A stretch of DNA of 64,000 bases, from positions 32,001-96,000 of the IMG/VR virus record IMGVR_UViG_3300034158_000007, one strand, 5' to 3'. The notes below the pieces were generated by a model. The model was given only the letters and a program-made list of their open reading frames with translations, searched no databases and was not told where the DNA came from. Position 1 is the stretch's first letter. Each line of letters begins with the position of its first letter. The stretch is from a virus. Made by a program: the position numbers and the translations under genes. Shown here in pieces: positions 28,360 through 37,020 of this stretch.

Positions 28360-29738
28360 TGTCTTATGATGCAACGCTACTTTACAAAGCAGCTGAACGA
28401 GTAATCACCGACGGCGAGGGTTACTACAACGTTCGTACTAACATTAACATCAGGGCTAATAAGAAGTGGATGAAGCCTGTGCGGTTTGATTACCTGCATT
28501 TGGCTCGTGACTACAGCACCGGTGCATTAGGAGACATTCGACAGATTGAATGCCTGATATTGTTGGGTGATTACACCTACGACCTCCTACCCTACCGTGA
28601 CGACATGCTGATTGACATCACAGAGATCCCTCTGGTCGAAGGCATGAGTGCTCGTAACTGGGGACGGCGTGCAGGGACGAAACGGTATAAAGCAATTCTT
28701 GACCTTAAGGGTGGGGATAACACAACCCTCACCAATAAGTCTGCTGCAATGTCTACCAAGGCTCAAATGAATCAGATGGGTATGAAGTCTGTAGTATTCA
28801 CTCTGGTTGATGAACCTTGTTACAAACTGATGATGACCAGTATTGGGACCACCCTACGGCAAATGACCACCTTGGATATGATCCTGTGGTTACACAACTA
28901 TTACTTCAAGAAACTCTTTGATGGTGATAGTGTCCGTATTGAGGGTGAGAACGTTTGGCGACAAGACTTTAATCCAGACATTCAACACCAAATCGCATTC
29001 CCCGATGGGATGATGCTTAAGGACGTTCCTCGGTTCTTACAGAACGATGAGGTCGGTGTGTATCCAACTGGGTTGGGGCGCTACATCCAAAACGGTCAGC
29101 TCTTTGTGTACCCGTTGTTTGATACGACTCGGTATAAGAAGAACAACCGGGTGCTTAACATCATCAACATGCCTAACGAACGTTTCCAAGGTACGGAGAA
29201 GACCTTCCTAGTTACTGACCAGTCGGTGACGATCATCGCTACGGGTAAGAACAAGGTTGTGGACAGATCCACAGGCGCTCGAATCCAAGATGGTAACGGT
29301 GCGCGCTTTGGTAATGCCAATACGATCCTGACGCAGGGACAAGTTAAAGACAACCGGTTGCTATTAGACCGTGCTACTAACGTGTACGAAGTTGCAGGTG
29401 ATGCTTTGGCGGGTGGTGTCAACAACATGCGCTGGGCGGACGAACGCTATAGCGCTAATCCATATAAACAGTACACGTTGATGGCGCAACAACAGGGGCA
29501 ACCTCTAGATGTTCAATGGTTCCGCAGTAATGTGGATCTGTTAGACCCAGGTATGCCTGTGCGGTATCAAACACTGGATGGTGAGACAGTCAAAACTTAC
29601 TATGGGACGTTATTGGGTGTAAACGATAACCGTATTCCTGTAGACCCCGGTAACAATACGTCTAAGTACGATGGCATTGCAACACTGAGCCTGTTCTTAG
29701 TTCGTCACACCGAGACTGATACTCCACCAGCCACTTAA
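28359..29738 (+). CDS. Virion structural protein, probable baseplate hub/tail-tip (phiKZ gp101-like)
   Basis: 459-aa ORF overlapping the upstream stop (TAATG); synteny. Confidence 0.6.
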   Translation: MSYDATLLYKAAERVITDGEGYYNVRTNINIRANKKWMKPVRFDYLHLARDYSTGALGDIRQIECLILLGDYTYDLLPYRDDMLIDITEIPLVEGMSARNWGRRAGTKRYKAILDLKGGDNTTLTNKSAAMSTKAQMNQMGMKSVVFTLVDEPCYKLMMTSIGTTLRQMTTLDMILWLHNYYFKKLFDGDSVRIEGENVWRQDFNPDIQHQIAFPDGMMLKDVPRFLQNDEVGVYPTGLGRYIQNGQLFVYPLFDTTRYKKNNRVLNIINMPNERFQGTEKTFLVTDQSVTIIATGKNKVVDRSTGARIQDGNGARFGNANTILTQGQVKDNRLLLDRATNVYEVAGDALAGGVNNMRWADERYSANPYKQYTLMAQQQGQPLDVQWFRSNVDLLDPGMPVRYQTLDGETVKTYYGTLLGVNDNRIPVDPGNNTSKYDGIATLSLFLVRHTETDTPPAT

Positions 29739-29743
29739 CCGAG

Positions 29744-30139
29744 ATGACCATGAATGTATTTATCCCCATAGACCAGTCATGGTCATTTAAGTTCTTTGAA
29801 TTCAACAAGCCTTTGATATCACAGGTTGAAGACTTCTTTAAGTTCTCCAATGAGTTCTATGCCGGTGCAATGCTGTACGTTATAACCCAGATCAATTTCA
29901 ACTACGGAATGTCCACCGCGACTTACAATGACAAACTGACCGAGGCTTTCGAGATCTGTGCACGCTATCCAGCATTGGCGCCAAAGATCGCTGAAGCCTA
30001 TCGGAAACTATTTGCAGAGTATCGTTTGGCCTATATGGCCGTAGGGTGCATTGTGCAAGGCGCAACCCCCGCAGTAGAGCCATCGGGCATCTTACAAGGT
30101 ATCGTGCTCCACACGATACCACAGTGGCCTCCTAAGTAG
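29744..30139 (+). CDS. Hypothetical protein
   Basis: 131-aa ORF at the end of the structural operon. Confidence 0.65.
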   Translation: MTMNVFIPIDQSWSFKFFEFNKPLISQVEDFFKFSNEFYAGAMLYVITQINFNYGMSTATYNDKLTEAFEICARYPALAPKIAEAYRKLFAEYRLAYMAVGCIVQGATPAVEPSGILQGIVLHTIPQWPPK

Positions 30140-30151
30140 TATTAGAAGCTA

Positions 30152-30178
30152 TTTAAAGAGTATATTACTTTAGTGAAT
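30152..30178 (+). promoter_or_regulatory. Early promoter (virion RNAP type)
   Basis: TTTAAAGAG-TATATTAC-TTTAGTGAAT. TATATTAC with upstream TTTaA is the described phiKZ early consensus. Confidence 0.75.
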
Positions 30179-30196
30179 TCACTGGAGTAGTACTAC

Positions 30197-30328
30197 ATGT
30201 CCGAACAGATGATTCAACAACGTAAAGCCGCCCATCGTGAAGCTCAAGACTCGTGGATCTCTCCTCGGGGCTTGGGGCTTTTATTCACTATCGGCCTTAC
30301 ACTCACTGTAATCTTTAACGGGGTGTAA
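30197..30328 (+). CDS. 43-aa membrane microprotein (not in track)
   Basis: GGAG RBS; MSEQMIQQRKAAHREAQDSWISPRGLGLLFTIGLTLTVIFNGV with a C-terminal hydrophobic helix. Confidence 0.65.
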   Translation: MSEQMIQQRKAAHREAQDSWISPRGLGLLFTIGLTLTVIFNGV

Positions 30329-30334
30329 CCTATT

Positions 30335-30508
30335 ATGTTCGCTAACTTCTATGATGAAGCAAAGACACGCGAAGAAAATCAGAAAGAGTTTGAGAAAGCT
30401 CGACACAACAAAGAAGTAACCGCACACTACGTAACAGCCTTCGCTGTTGTCGCTGGTGCTGTGGGTGCAGTACTCGGTGTTAAAAAGCTTATCGACGAAT
30501 TCACTTAA
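30335..30508 (+). CDS. 57-aa membrane microprotein (not in track)
   Basis: MFANFYDEAKTREENQKEFEKARHNKEVTAHYVTAFAVVAGAVGAVLGVKKLIDEFT. Confidence 0.7.
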   Translation: MFANFYDEAKTREENQKEFEKARHNKEVTAHYVTAFAVVAGAVGAVLGVKKLIDEFT

Positions 30509-30567
30509 AGCCAACTGGGTGTTCAATTAGATGAGTCTAAACACATTCTTTTAATTGGAGACCTCCC

Positions 30568-31062
30568 ATGGTTGAATTCGTAATTGGAACAGATATATTT
30601 CGTCAAGAAGGCGACCTGTATCTGATCACCGTCAACTGCGTTGGCGTTATGGGTAAAGGTCTGGCTAAGAGCTTTAAAGAGCTACATCCCGACCTCTACG
30701 AACGTTATCGTCACGACTGCAAGATGAAGATCATCACGATCGGTAATCCCGCAATCTATCAGGCGGACAATGGTAAACGCTACATGATGTTCCCTACCAA
30801 AGATCGTTGGCAAGATCCTTCGCTCCCTGACTACATCTCCGCTGGTTTACAGTGGATGGTCGATTCAGTGATAACGGAAGATGACGATGAAGGGGATATC
30901 GACCCTAGTTGGCGGATAGTCATTCCCCCTCTAGGTTGTGCCAATGGTGGCCTTAGCTTCGCGACCGTAAAAGAAACGATCAAGCTATTCGCCTCTCACA
31001 TGCCAAACCCAATCGTGGTGGTCTATCCACCATGGATGGAACAAGACGATAAATGGGATTGA
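30568..31062 (+). CDS. Macrodomain (DarG-like ADP-ribosyl hydrolase fold)
   Basis: VNCVGVMGKGLA...FPTK..W...PPLGCANGGL are hallmark macrodomain motifs. Confidence 0.85.
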   Translation: MVEFVIGTDIFRQEGDLYLITVNCVGVMGKGLAKSFKELHPDLYERYRHDCKMKIITIGNPAIYQADNGKRYMMFPTKDRWQDPSLPDYISAGLQWMVDSVITEDDDEGDIDPSWRIVIPPLGCANGGLSFATVKETIKLFASHMPNPIVVVYPPWMEQDDKWD

Positions 31063-31070
31063 CCCCAAAC

Positions 31071-31098
31071 AAAGCCCCTACCAGACGGTGGGGGCTTT
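31071..31098 (+). terminator. Hairpin of repeated family
   Basis: AAAGCCCCTACC-AGAC-GGTGGGGGCTTT followed by ATG. Confidence 0.75.
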
Positions 31099-31121
31099 AT
31101 GCCGCTTTATAGGAGATATGA

Positions 31122-31475
31122 ATGTTGTATGCAAATCCGGTTACTAACATCCCAGCAATGATCAACGCCATCGGTCAAGTAGATCCAATCCGCCCAATCG
31201 AAATGATTGCCCCGGTTGAGAAAGTACTCTGGTCTGTAAAGAAGAAGCGTCAGCCCGGTGGCTACGTCGCTGTGGAGTACGGTGGTACCGTTTGCGTTGA
31301 GCGGGTAGGCGTTGGTCAGGCTATCCGTCAGGAACGCTTAGGCGCGCCCATAGACCGCTTTGAAGAACTCTTTCTGGCTGAGTCAGAAGATCATCTGGAT
31401 GGCGCCATCGAATATCTCGGTGGGGCATTCGGTATGTCATTCAACGATGTTGTGAATCAGGTCAATGTAGATTAG
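31122..31475 (+). CDS. Hypothetical protein
   Basis: 117-aa ORF, AGGAG RBS. Confidence 0.7.
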   Translation: MLYANPVTNIPAMINAIGQVDPIRPIEMIAPVEKVLWSVKKKRQPGGYVAVEYGGTVCVERVGVGQAIRQERLGAPIDRFEELFLAESEDHLDGAIEYLGGAFGMSFNDVVNQVNVD

Positions 31476-31490
31476 AACCTATCACAGCGC

Positions 31491-31508
31491 TATATTACTT
31501 TAGCGAAT
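31491..31508 (+). promoter_or_regulatory. Early promoter
   Basis: TATATTACTTTAGCGAAT, a 17/18 match to the copy at 30161. Confidence 0.75.
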
Positions 31509-31530
31509 AAACTAACTAGAGGTTAGCGTC

Positions 31531-31614
31531 ATGCGTAATGTATTTGGTTTGGTCCTGCTGGTAGTTGTAGCAGCAATCGTCATCGACATTTTGGATGAGG
31601 GGATCAATGCTTAA
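31531..31614 (+). CDS. 27-aa membrane microprotein (not in track)
   Basis: GAGG RBS; MRNVFGLVLLVVVAAIVIDILDEGINA; overlaps the next start. Confidence 0.55.
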   Translation: MRNVFGLVLLVVVAAIVIDILDEGINA

Positions 31615-31951
31615 ACAGATAGCATCAGTGGGTACGGCACTGCTAGTATCGGCTGTCGTAGTGACAACCGCTGTTGCAGTTTCGGCGGCTTACATTGTCG
31701 TAGATCTGGACAAAGACTTTAATCGTATTCGTGACGCTGTTCGTAAACCGATCTTCATGTTGATCTTCGGTCTCGAGCGCGATGACGTCTATGCCCGTAT
31801 GAATCCAGATGACAAGTTGGCTGTAGTAATGCCCTTCGTCGAACACGCTTTAAAAACAACTCTCACTCGCTTCGGTGAAACCCTTCGACCAATGCTGGAA
31901 GAAGACATCCGTAGCAGTGTCATTAACTACATCAAAGGTAACTACAAATGA
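31607..31951 (+). CDS. N-terminally membrane-anchored hypothetical protein
   Basis: MLKQIASVGTALLVSAVVVTTAVAVSAAYIVV hydrophobic anchor; GAGGGG RBS. Confidence 0.7.
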   Translation: MLKQIASVGTALLVSAVVVTTAVAVSAAYIVVDLDKDFNRIRDAVRKPIFMLIFGLERDDVYARMNPDDKLAVVMPFVEHALKTTLTRFGETLRPMLEEDIRSSVINYIKGNYK

Positions 31952-32088
31952 AATACGTAATCGGTGCAGCAGGCGTGGCAGCAGTTCTCGGTGGTGCAGC
32001 TTGGTACTACCTGACCCAGATGGATGCAGCTCCGGCTGAGTCCGTTGAAGAACCTGCTCCAGAAGCAACCCCAGAAACCAACATTTAA
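31948..32088 (+). CDS. 46-aa membrane microprotein (not in track)
   Basis: ATGA overlap; MKYVIGAAGVAAVLGGAAWYYLTQMDAAPAESVEEPAPEATPETNI. Confidence 0.7.
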   Translation: MKYVIGAAGVAAVLGGAAWYYLTQMDAAPAESVEEPAPEATPETNI

Positions 32089-32098
32089 CGGGTGATCT

Positions 32099-32239
32099 AT
32101 GCTCTGGCAGTTTACCCGTTACAACGGTGAAGTCTGGGAAGCCAAAAGCCAGATGGACTTACTTGAAGCGTACGACTGTTTCATTAAAGAAACTGGTTGT
32201 ACGGCGTGGGACATCAAGTCCATCATCAACCTCCATTAA
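32099..32239 (+). CDS. 46-aa hypothetical protein (not in track)
   Basis: GGGTG RBS; MLWQFTRYNGEVWEAKSQMDLLEAYDCFIKETGCTAWDIKSIINLH. Confidence 0.6.
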   Translation: MLWQFTRYNGEVWEAKSQMDLLEAYDCFIKETGCTAWDIKSIINLH

Positions 32240-32254
32240 TACAAAGGTATCTAT

Positions 32255-32530
32255 ATGCTCGGCACTATCGTTAAGTACTCTCTCGCAGCTGCTGTTGGCG
32301 CCATCGCTTTCGCAATCGCCATGCATCACACTGATGACTGCGCGTACGAAGACATCAAGGCCAAGATCGCTGCACACGAGGCACTGTTGCGTAAAACCAT
32401 CGGTGCGGAAGAAGACATCAAACCTTTGATGGCTGACTTCATCCGTGCCAACCGTGTGATCTGGGATAACACCTACATCACCAAAGACACTATGGTTCGT
32501 GTAAACGAATTGTACGCTGTCTGGCTCTAA
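32255..32530 (+). CDS. N-terminally membrane-anchored hypothetical protein
   Basis: YSLAAAVGAIAFAIAM anchor; AAGGT RBS. Confidence 0.7.
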   Translation: MLGTIVKYSLAAAVGAIAFAIAMHHTDDCAYEDIKAKIAAHEALLRKTIGAEEDIKPLMADFIRANRVIWDNTYITKDTMVRVNELYAVWL

Positions 32531-32535
32531 GCTTT

Positions 32536-32565
32536 ACGGGGTACTTCGGTACCCCTTTTATTTTC
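32536..32565 (+). terminator. Intrinsic terminator
   Basis: GGGGTAC-TTCG-GTACCCC followed by TTTTATTTT. Confidence 0.75.
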
Positions 32566-32625
32566 TGTTACCGATCCATTGGATCATTTGTTTTAAACAC
32601 TCAAACTTATCTAAAGGGTACTACC

Positions 32626-32784
32626 ATGTCTAAAGTAATCGGTTTCATCGTTTGCGCAATCCTTGGCGGTCTGTTCATGAACGCTAAGTACGACACCCCA
32701 ACTGGCCTGGTTGCTAAGGCTGATGTTATCTACGGTCATCGGACTGGTCCTGATGGTCAAACCATGCTGCTCACTTCTAAGTAA
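32626..32784 (+). CDS. 52-aa membrane/secreted microprotein (not in track)
   Basis: AAGGG RBS; MSKVIGFIVCAILGGLFMNAKYDTPTGLVAKADVIYGHRTGPDGQTMLLTSK. Confidence 0.65.
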   Translation: MSKVIGFIVCAILGGLFMNAKYDTPTGLVAKADVIYGHRTGPDGQTMLLTSK

Positions 32785-32795
32785 AGGAATTCACT

Positions 32796-33140
32796 ATGTG
32801 CCGTCGTCTTGGTAAGAAACACGTTGAATACGTTAACCGTCTGGACAACGCTTATGCGGTGGGTGAGGATGGTGTTAAGCGCATGCGTCGTATGCACAAC
32901 GGTGCTCGGGTTGTAGACCATCACGGGGCGAACGTCCTCAATGCTTACACCGATCTGCGTGATAAGTACTGGAGCTGGTTCCCTGACCAAACCTTCAAAA
33001 CGCAGTGCGCCACTAAGGCTAAAGCTAAAAAGCTGGCACGCCTGCAACAACTCACCAACCATGGCTGCCTTCGCCACGGTAAAGCCCGTCGTGCTCACCT
33101 TGCACGTAACCATGTCCGTGTTAACCCTCGGGTGAACTAA
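32796..33140 (+). CDS. Basic His/Arg-rich hypothetical protein
   Basis: 114-aa ORF, AAGGA RBS, typical codon usage. Confidence 0.7.
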   Translation: MCRRLGKKHVEYVNRLDNAYAVGEDGVKRMRRMHNGARVVDHHGANVLNAYTDLRDKYWSWFPDQTFKTQCATKAKAKKLARLQQLTNHGCLRHGKARRAHLARNHVRVNPRVN

Positions 33141-33412
33141 TGGACTATGTGTTACTGGTGTTACCATTCTTTACCGCGTTCGCTGTTACGTTTTCAGAAG
33201 CATTCATTAAGTGTTTCCAATCCCGTAATATCGCTCAGGGTAAAGAATGGACTGCGGCTGCTACGTCGGTCCTAGTGACGTGTAGCATGTTCGCAACCTT
33301 CGGCCTGTTCGTGTATCAGGGTTACGCCATCCTCGTCCCCTGCGCTATTGGGGGAGCTGTAGGAACTATGCTCTCCATCCGTTTCCACAAACGTCTTTTT
33401 AAGGGTCATTGA
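33140..33412 (+). CDS. Small polytopic membrane protein (DUF5698/DUF2179-like)
   Basis: Three hydrophobic segments with GGAVGT motif; TAATG overlap. Confidence 0.6.
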   Translation: MDYVLLVLPFFTAFAVTFSEAFIKCFQSRNIAQGKEWTAAATSVLVTCSMFATFGLFVYQGYAILVPCAIGGAVGTMLSIRFHKRLFKGH

Positions 33413-33413
33413 A

Positions 33414-34337
33414 ATGTTTAACGTAAAAGCACTGGGTGCCTTCGATCAACTGATCATCGATGGTACCGTGAAACTCATGCGTGACGCTGGTCTGCTCCCG
33501 CGTGCCAATGACACAAGTCGGCAAGCTATCGATTACGTGCCATGCGTGCAGAACACCAAACGGTTCCACAAGATCCGTTCTAACTGCCATCAACTGACCA
33601 TGGGTCGTCCGACCCCAGTAGCGGCATCTGTAGTGGCTGCTTATCTGGGGCTTTCCGGTACACCAGATAACCCCAATGATGTTAGCCTTGGTCAGTTCAT
33701 CGAGCAGATCGATACCGAGATCCTGGACGAACCTCTGTTCAAATCAGTTGGTACCCAAGAAGCCTGGCCTCCACTGCTCCTCGATAACATGCCGCAACTC
33801 AAGCTGGGGAAAGAAACCGAAGAGGATAAACTGACGCGGGTCGTTGGCTACCTCAGAGATTTCTTCATGACTCGTCACTATGACGTCAACCCACTTAAAC
33901 TCCTGCGGATCGCCCAGGCATACTTGGTTAACGGTATCACTACCTTTGATCAGGTTGATGCTCAACTCACGAAAGACCTGCGGGTTGATACCACCCTCAG
34001 ACATAGTCTGGGTATGGGTGTAGAGAAAAAGGTTGTCGCCAAAGGTGAGGATGAAGTCGTCACCACGTCAGCATTGTGCATCACCGCTGAGGAAATGGCC
34101 GCTTTGGACAAACCTAAACCAAAGGCGGTTGAGCTGCGTACCCACAACAAGCTGATCGGTTTCAGCTATGAAGTGGTGGACGATCTGTTCATGATCAACC
34201 GTGAGTATGGTATCTCTGAAGCGGGTAATCCGTATCAGGGTGCCTGGGTCTGCCGTAACTTCCACACAGGCGAATACATCGATCATGACCGTCATCGTCA
34301 CGATCTCTTTGAACGTCTCAATGTAAAGGTAGCGTAA
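33414..34337 (+). CDS. Hypothetical protein
   Basis: 307-aa ORF in operon; C-terminal GAWVCR...IDHDRHRHDL module. Confidence 0.75.
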   Translation: MFNVKALGAFDQLIIDGTVKLMRDAGLLPRANDTSRQAIDYVPCVQNTKRFHKIRSNCHQLTMGRPTPVAASVVAAYLGLSGTPDNPNDVSLGQFIEQIDTEILDEPLFKSVGTQEAWPPLLLDNMPQLKLGKETEEDKLTRVVGYLRDFFMTRHYDVNPLKLLRIAQAYLVNGITTFDQVDAQLTKDLRVDTTLRHSLGMGVEKKVVAKGEDEVVTTSALCITAEEMAALDKPKPKAVELRTHNKLIGFSYEVVDDLFMINREYGISEAGNPYQGAWVCRNFHTGEYIDHDRHRHDLFERLNVKVA

Positions 34338-34338
34338 C

Positions 34339-34656
34339 ATGAAACTTACTAACCCTGAAGCTGTTGAAACTGGTCGTCAACTCAAGTTCTACAACGGTAA
34401 AGGTAAAGAGTACTACGCCGTGTACCTGGGTTATCGGGAAGATGCTTTCCTGAACTACGTCAGTGATCTGGTTAACGCTCTGATGCCACAACTGAAAGGG
34501 GGTCACTGGGTATCGATGCCAGGTGTGATCTTCAAGATGTTCGACATCAACGAAAAGGTATTCAGCCGTATCGGCGATACCATGTTCATCCACAAACGCC
34601 GGTTCCGTAAATACCTGCGCCGCTGTGTTACGCATGCGCGTGTAACCCGTTCGTAA
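34339..34656 (+). CDS. Hypothetical protein
   Basis: 105-aa ORF coupled to the upstream stop. Confidence 0.7.
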   Translation: MKLTNPEAVETGRQLKFYNGKGKEYYAVYLGYREDAFLNYVSDLVNALMPQLKGGHWVSMPGVIFKMFDINEKVFSRIGDTMFIHKRRFRKYLRRCVTHARVTRS

Positions 34657-34665
34657 TAGAAGTCG

Positions 34666-34682
34666 TTTAAAGGCTATATTAC
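34666..34682 (+). promoter_or_regulatory. Early promoter
   Basis: TTTAAAGGC-TATATTAC. Confidence 0.7.
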
Positions 34683-34737
34683 AAAGGTGATATTCATAAA
34701 GGGTATCACCTTCCAAACTTATCTCAAGGGATTCATC

Positions 34738-35073
34738 GTGCTCGACTTCTCCGACAAAATCGTTATTGGTGGTATCGCTGTGGCAGCCGTAGTAGTTGCT
34801 GGTAGCATCGCTGCATGGAAATGGCATCGTCGTGTGTCCTGGTCTCAAGAAGCTGCTGACGCGGCTTACGAAGACATGCTGGACGCGTACAACACCGCTA
34901 TCGCCGATTTCCCGGCCGATGTTAATCAAGCCACTCTGGCATACAAGACCGCTGTGATGATCATCCGTGATCTGTTCAAAGAAGTGTATGGCGAGTTCCC
35001 TGAGTTTGCTGAATGGGCTAAGCGTTTCGACGCTACCCATGAAAATCAAATCGTGGGTCTCCGCACCGTATAA
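34738..35073 (+). CDS. N-terminally membrane-anchored hypothetical protein
   Basis: GTG start after AAGGGA; IVIGGIAVAAVVVAGSIAAWKW anchor. Confidence 0.7.
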   Translation: MLDFSDKIVIGGIAVAAVVVAGSIAAWKWHRRVSWSQEAADAAYEDMLDAYNTAIADFPADVNQATLAYKTAVMIIRDLFKEVYGEFPEFAEWAKRFDATHENQIVGLRTV

Positions 35074-35080
35074 CAGAAAG

Positions 35081-35121
35081 CCCACTTCCATGAACGGGGG
35101 TGGGTTATACCTTTTTTATTT
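35081..35121 (+). terminator. Intrinsic terminator-like hairpin
   Basis: GCCCACTTCC-ATGAAC-GGGGGTGGGT followed by a T-rich tract. Confidence 0.6.
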
Positions 35122-35134
35122 TAGGAGTTTTATC

Positions 35135-35563
35135 ATGTCGAAAGAAAACGCACTGTACTTCCAACAAACCACCGAAGCCCTGTTGCTGGACATCGGTAAG
35201 TGCTCTGATGCGCTGGAGTCTCTGCTTCGTAATCCCGATCTTGCTACACTGGTCGATGATTCGAATGCGCTGGGTGGCCGTGTTACCGTAATGGAGCCGA
35301 TGGTACTCCAAGTTGAACTCAAACGTCTGTTGAATAAGATCAAAGACATTGAGTTGATCTCCGAAGTACAACAACACGACCCTAAACGTGAACTGACCGG
35401 TGACTCTGGTCAGAACTGGTACGCCATGGTCAAAGGTCAGCGGCCCTCAGTCGCAGCAATCAAAGAACTCCGCAGCGCCGTCCGCAATAAAAATGGCCAT
35501 GCCGTTTTTGATGTGGCTGATGCAAAGCGTATCCTCGAACTCGTAGAAGAAGGATTCATCTAA
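35135..35563 (+). CDS. Hypothetical protein
   Basis: AGGAG RBS then MSKENALYF. Confidence 0.7.
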   Translation: MSKENALYFQQTTEALLLDIGKCSDALESLLRNPDLATLVDDSNALGGRVTVMEPMVLQVELKRLLNKIKDIELISEVQQHDPKRELTGDSGQNWYAMVKGQRPSVAAIKELRSAVRNKNGHAVFDVADAKRILELVEEGFI

Positions 35564-36147
35564 TGGACCGTACCCCTTTCAACCCAGTGATGGGCGCTAA
35601 TGGCCGTAAACTGATCTACTGTACACGCAATGCCAAGTTGGTACCAGTGGCTTTGCTGTATCCAAATAAGCTGGATGACACCAGCTTCATGTTGGATCTG
35701 GTTATGAAGGCTGAGAACTACGTTCATGATGGTTGGTTCGAAGGAACCACCTCGTTGGTATTTAATACCGAAGTTAATGTCGATGGCTCATTCGATGTTG
35801 AAACCCGTAACTCCATTTACAAAGTTGTAGATGACTCACTCAAGGCCGCTGATGTGATCCACGCCCGTATTGAAGCATTGTTCGAAGCTACCTACATCAA
35901 AGGTAGTCATGTTCACATGCCAGCTCACAGCGCGCTTGTAGAGTTGTTTGAAGCCCACGCTACTTACGACTATTTCAAGACCGATGAACCGCTGGTAACT
36001 ATGTTGCGCGACATCAAAGAAGAAAGTGATCTGACCAGTGACTGGCAAATCCGTCTTCTGTATCGTCAACCATTGCGCCGCTTCCTGACGCTGTGTGTCG
36101 AGAACGGTGTTGAAACCCAATGCAACTTGTCCTTCGAGCGTACCTAA
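35563..36147 (+). CDS. Hypothetical protein
   Basis: 194-aa ORF with TAATG coupling. Confidence 0.7.
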   Translation: MDRTPFNPVMGANGRKLIYCTRNAKLVPVALLYPNKLDDTSFMLDLVMKAENYVHDGWFEGTTSLVFNTEVNVDGSFDVETRNSIYKVVDDSLKAADVIHARIEALFEATYIKGSHVHMPAHSALVELFEAHATYDYFKTDEPLVTMLRDIKEESDLTSDWQIRLLYRQPLRRFLTLCVENGVETQCNLSFERT

Positions 36148-36392
36148 TGTCTCAGTATGTCGTAGCTGTAACTGCGCAACACGATGCAGTCGATTACGCC
36201 CACTTTGTTAAGTTGGCTAAAGACTGTAACTACCAGTTGTTCATGTCACGTGACATTGAACTCAAGCGTCGCAACATGACGTTCAGTCCACGTAGCTACA
36301 CCAGCAATCTGGACCACCACGACCTGATCAAGAATCTGGAGTCTAACTCCCCGTTGTTGGTCACCTACGAAATTCAAACCGAGGTTGCTTAA
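36147..36392 (+). CDS. Hypothetical protein
   Basis: TAATG coupling; MSQYVVAVTAQHD. Confidence 0.65.
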   Translation: MSQYVVAVTAQHDAVDYAHFVKLAKDCNYQLFMSRDIELKRRNMTFSPRSYTSNLDHHDLIKNLESNSPLLVTYEIQTEVA

Positions 36393-36393
36393 C

Positions 36394-37011
36394 ATGCATT
36401 CCATCGCACGCCCGTTATCGGCTATTACGTTCCCTGAGTTTACCGGGGCGCAGTACTACATGGTTCGAGTTGAGGATGGCATCATCCCTGACGAGGTCTC
36501 CCCGGAGTATAAAGCTCTGGTAACCCAGATGCTGGCTGATGCCGGTATCGCTAAACCACAACCGTTCTTCATTACCGTGGATGAACGTGAAGTGGCTGAA
36601 GGTGAATCCCATCGTCGTGGTGGTGTTCACATCGATGGTAACTATCTGTTCTCCTGGAGTGGTGGCGGGGGTAACGGTTGGTTGAATGGTGTACCTGGCC
36701 GTGAACTGACCGAAGAAGAGCACACCAAGCAATACCGTTCCAGGCTGGGTGGTACGTTGATCGCTTCCAACTTCCCAGGCTGTGATGTCTGGACTGGTCG
36801 CTTCTTCAATACCCCAGGTCAAGGTGGTAGTTGTGAGCACATGCTCGGTGAACTACTGGGTATGAATCATTTCACCATGGAACCTAACCGGACCTACGTG
36901 ATGAACTCCACCTGCATCCACAAGTCCATGCCTTTGATGCAACGTGTTAAGCGTCAACTGATCCGGCTCACCCTGGGTCATGAAACTGACGTACTGCACG
37001 TCGGCGTTTAA
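36394..37011 (+). CDS. 2-oxoglutarate/Fe(II)-dependent oxygenase-like protein
   Basis: HxD (GVHIDG), distal His (CIHKS) and C-terminal RQLIRL fit the double-stranded beta-helix facial triad and 2OG-binding Arg. Confidence 0.6.
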   Translation: MHSIARPLSAITFPEFTGAQYYMVRVEDGIIPDEVSPEYKALVTQMLADAGIAKPQPFFITVDEREVAEGESHRRGGVHIDGNYLFSWSGGGGNGWLNGVPGRELTEEEHTKQYRSRLGGTLIASNFPGCDVWTGRFFNTPGQGGSCEHMLGELLGMNHFTMEPNRTYVMNSTCIHKSMPLMQRVKRQLIRLTLGHETDVLHVGV

Positions 37012-37020
37012 CGCCATAAG

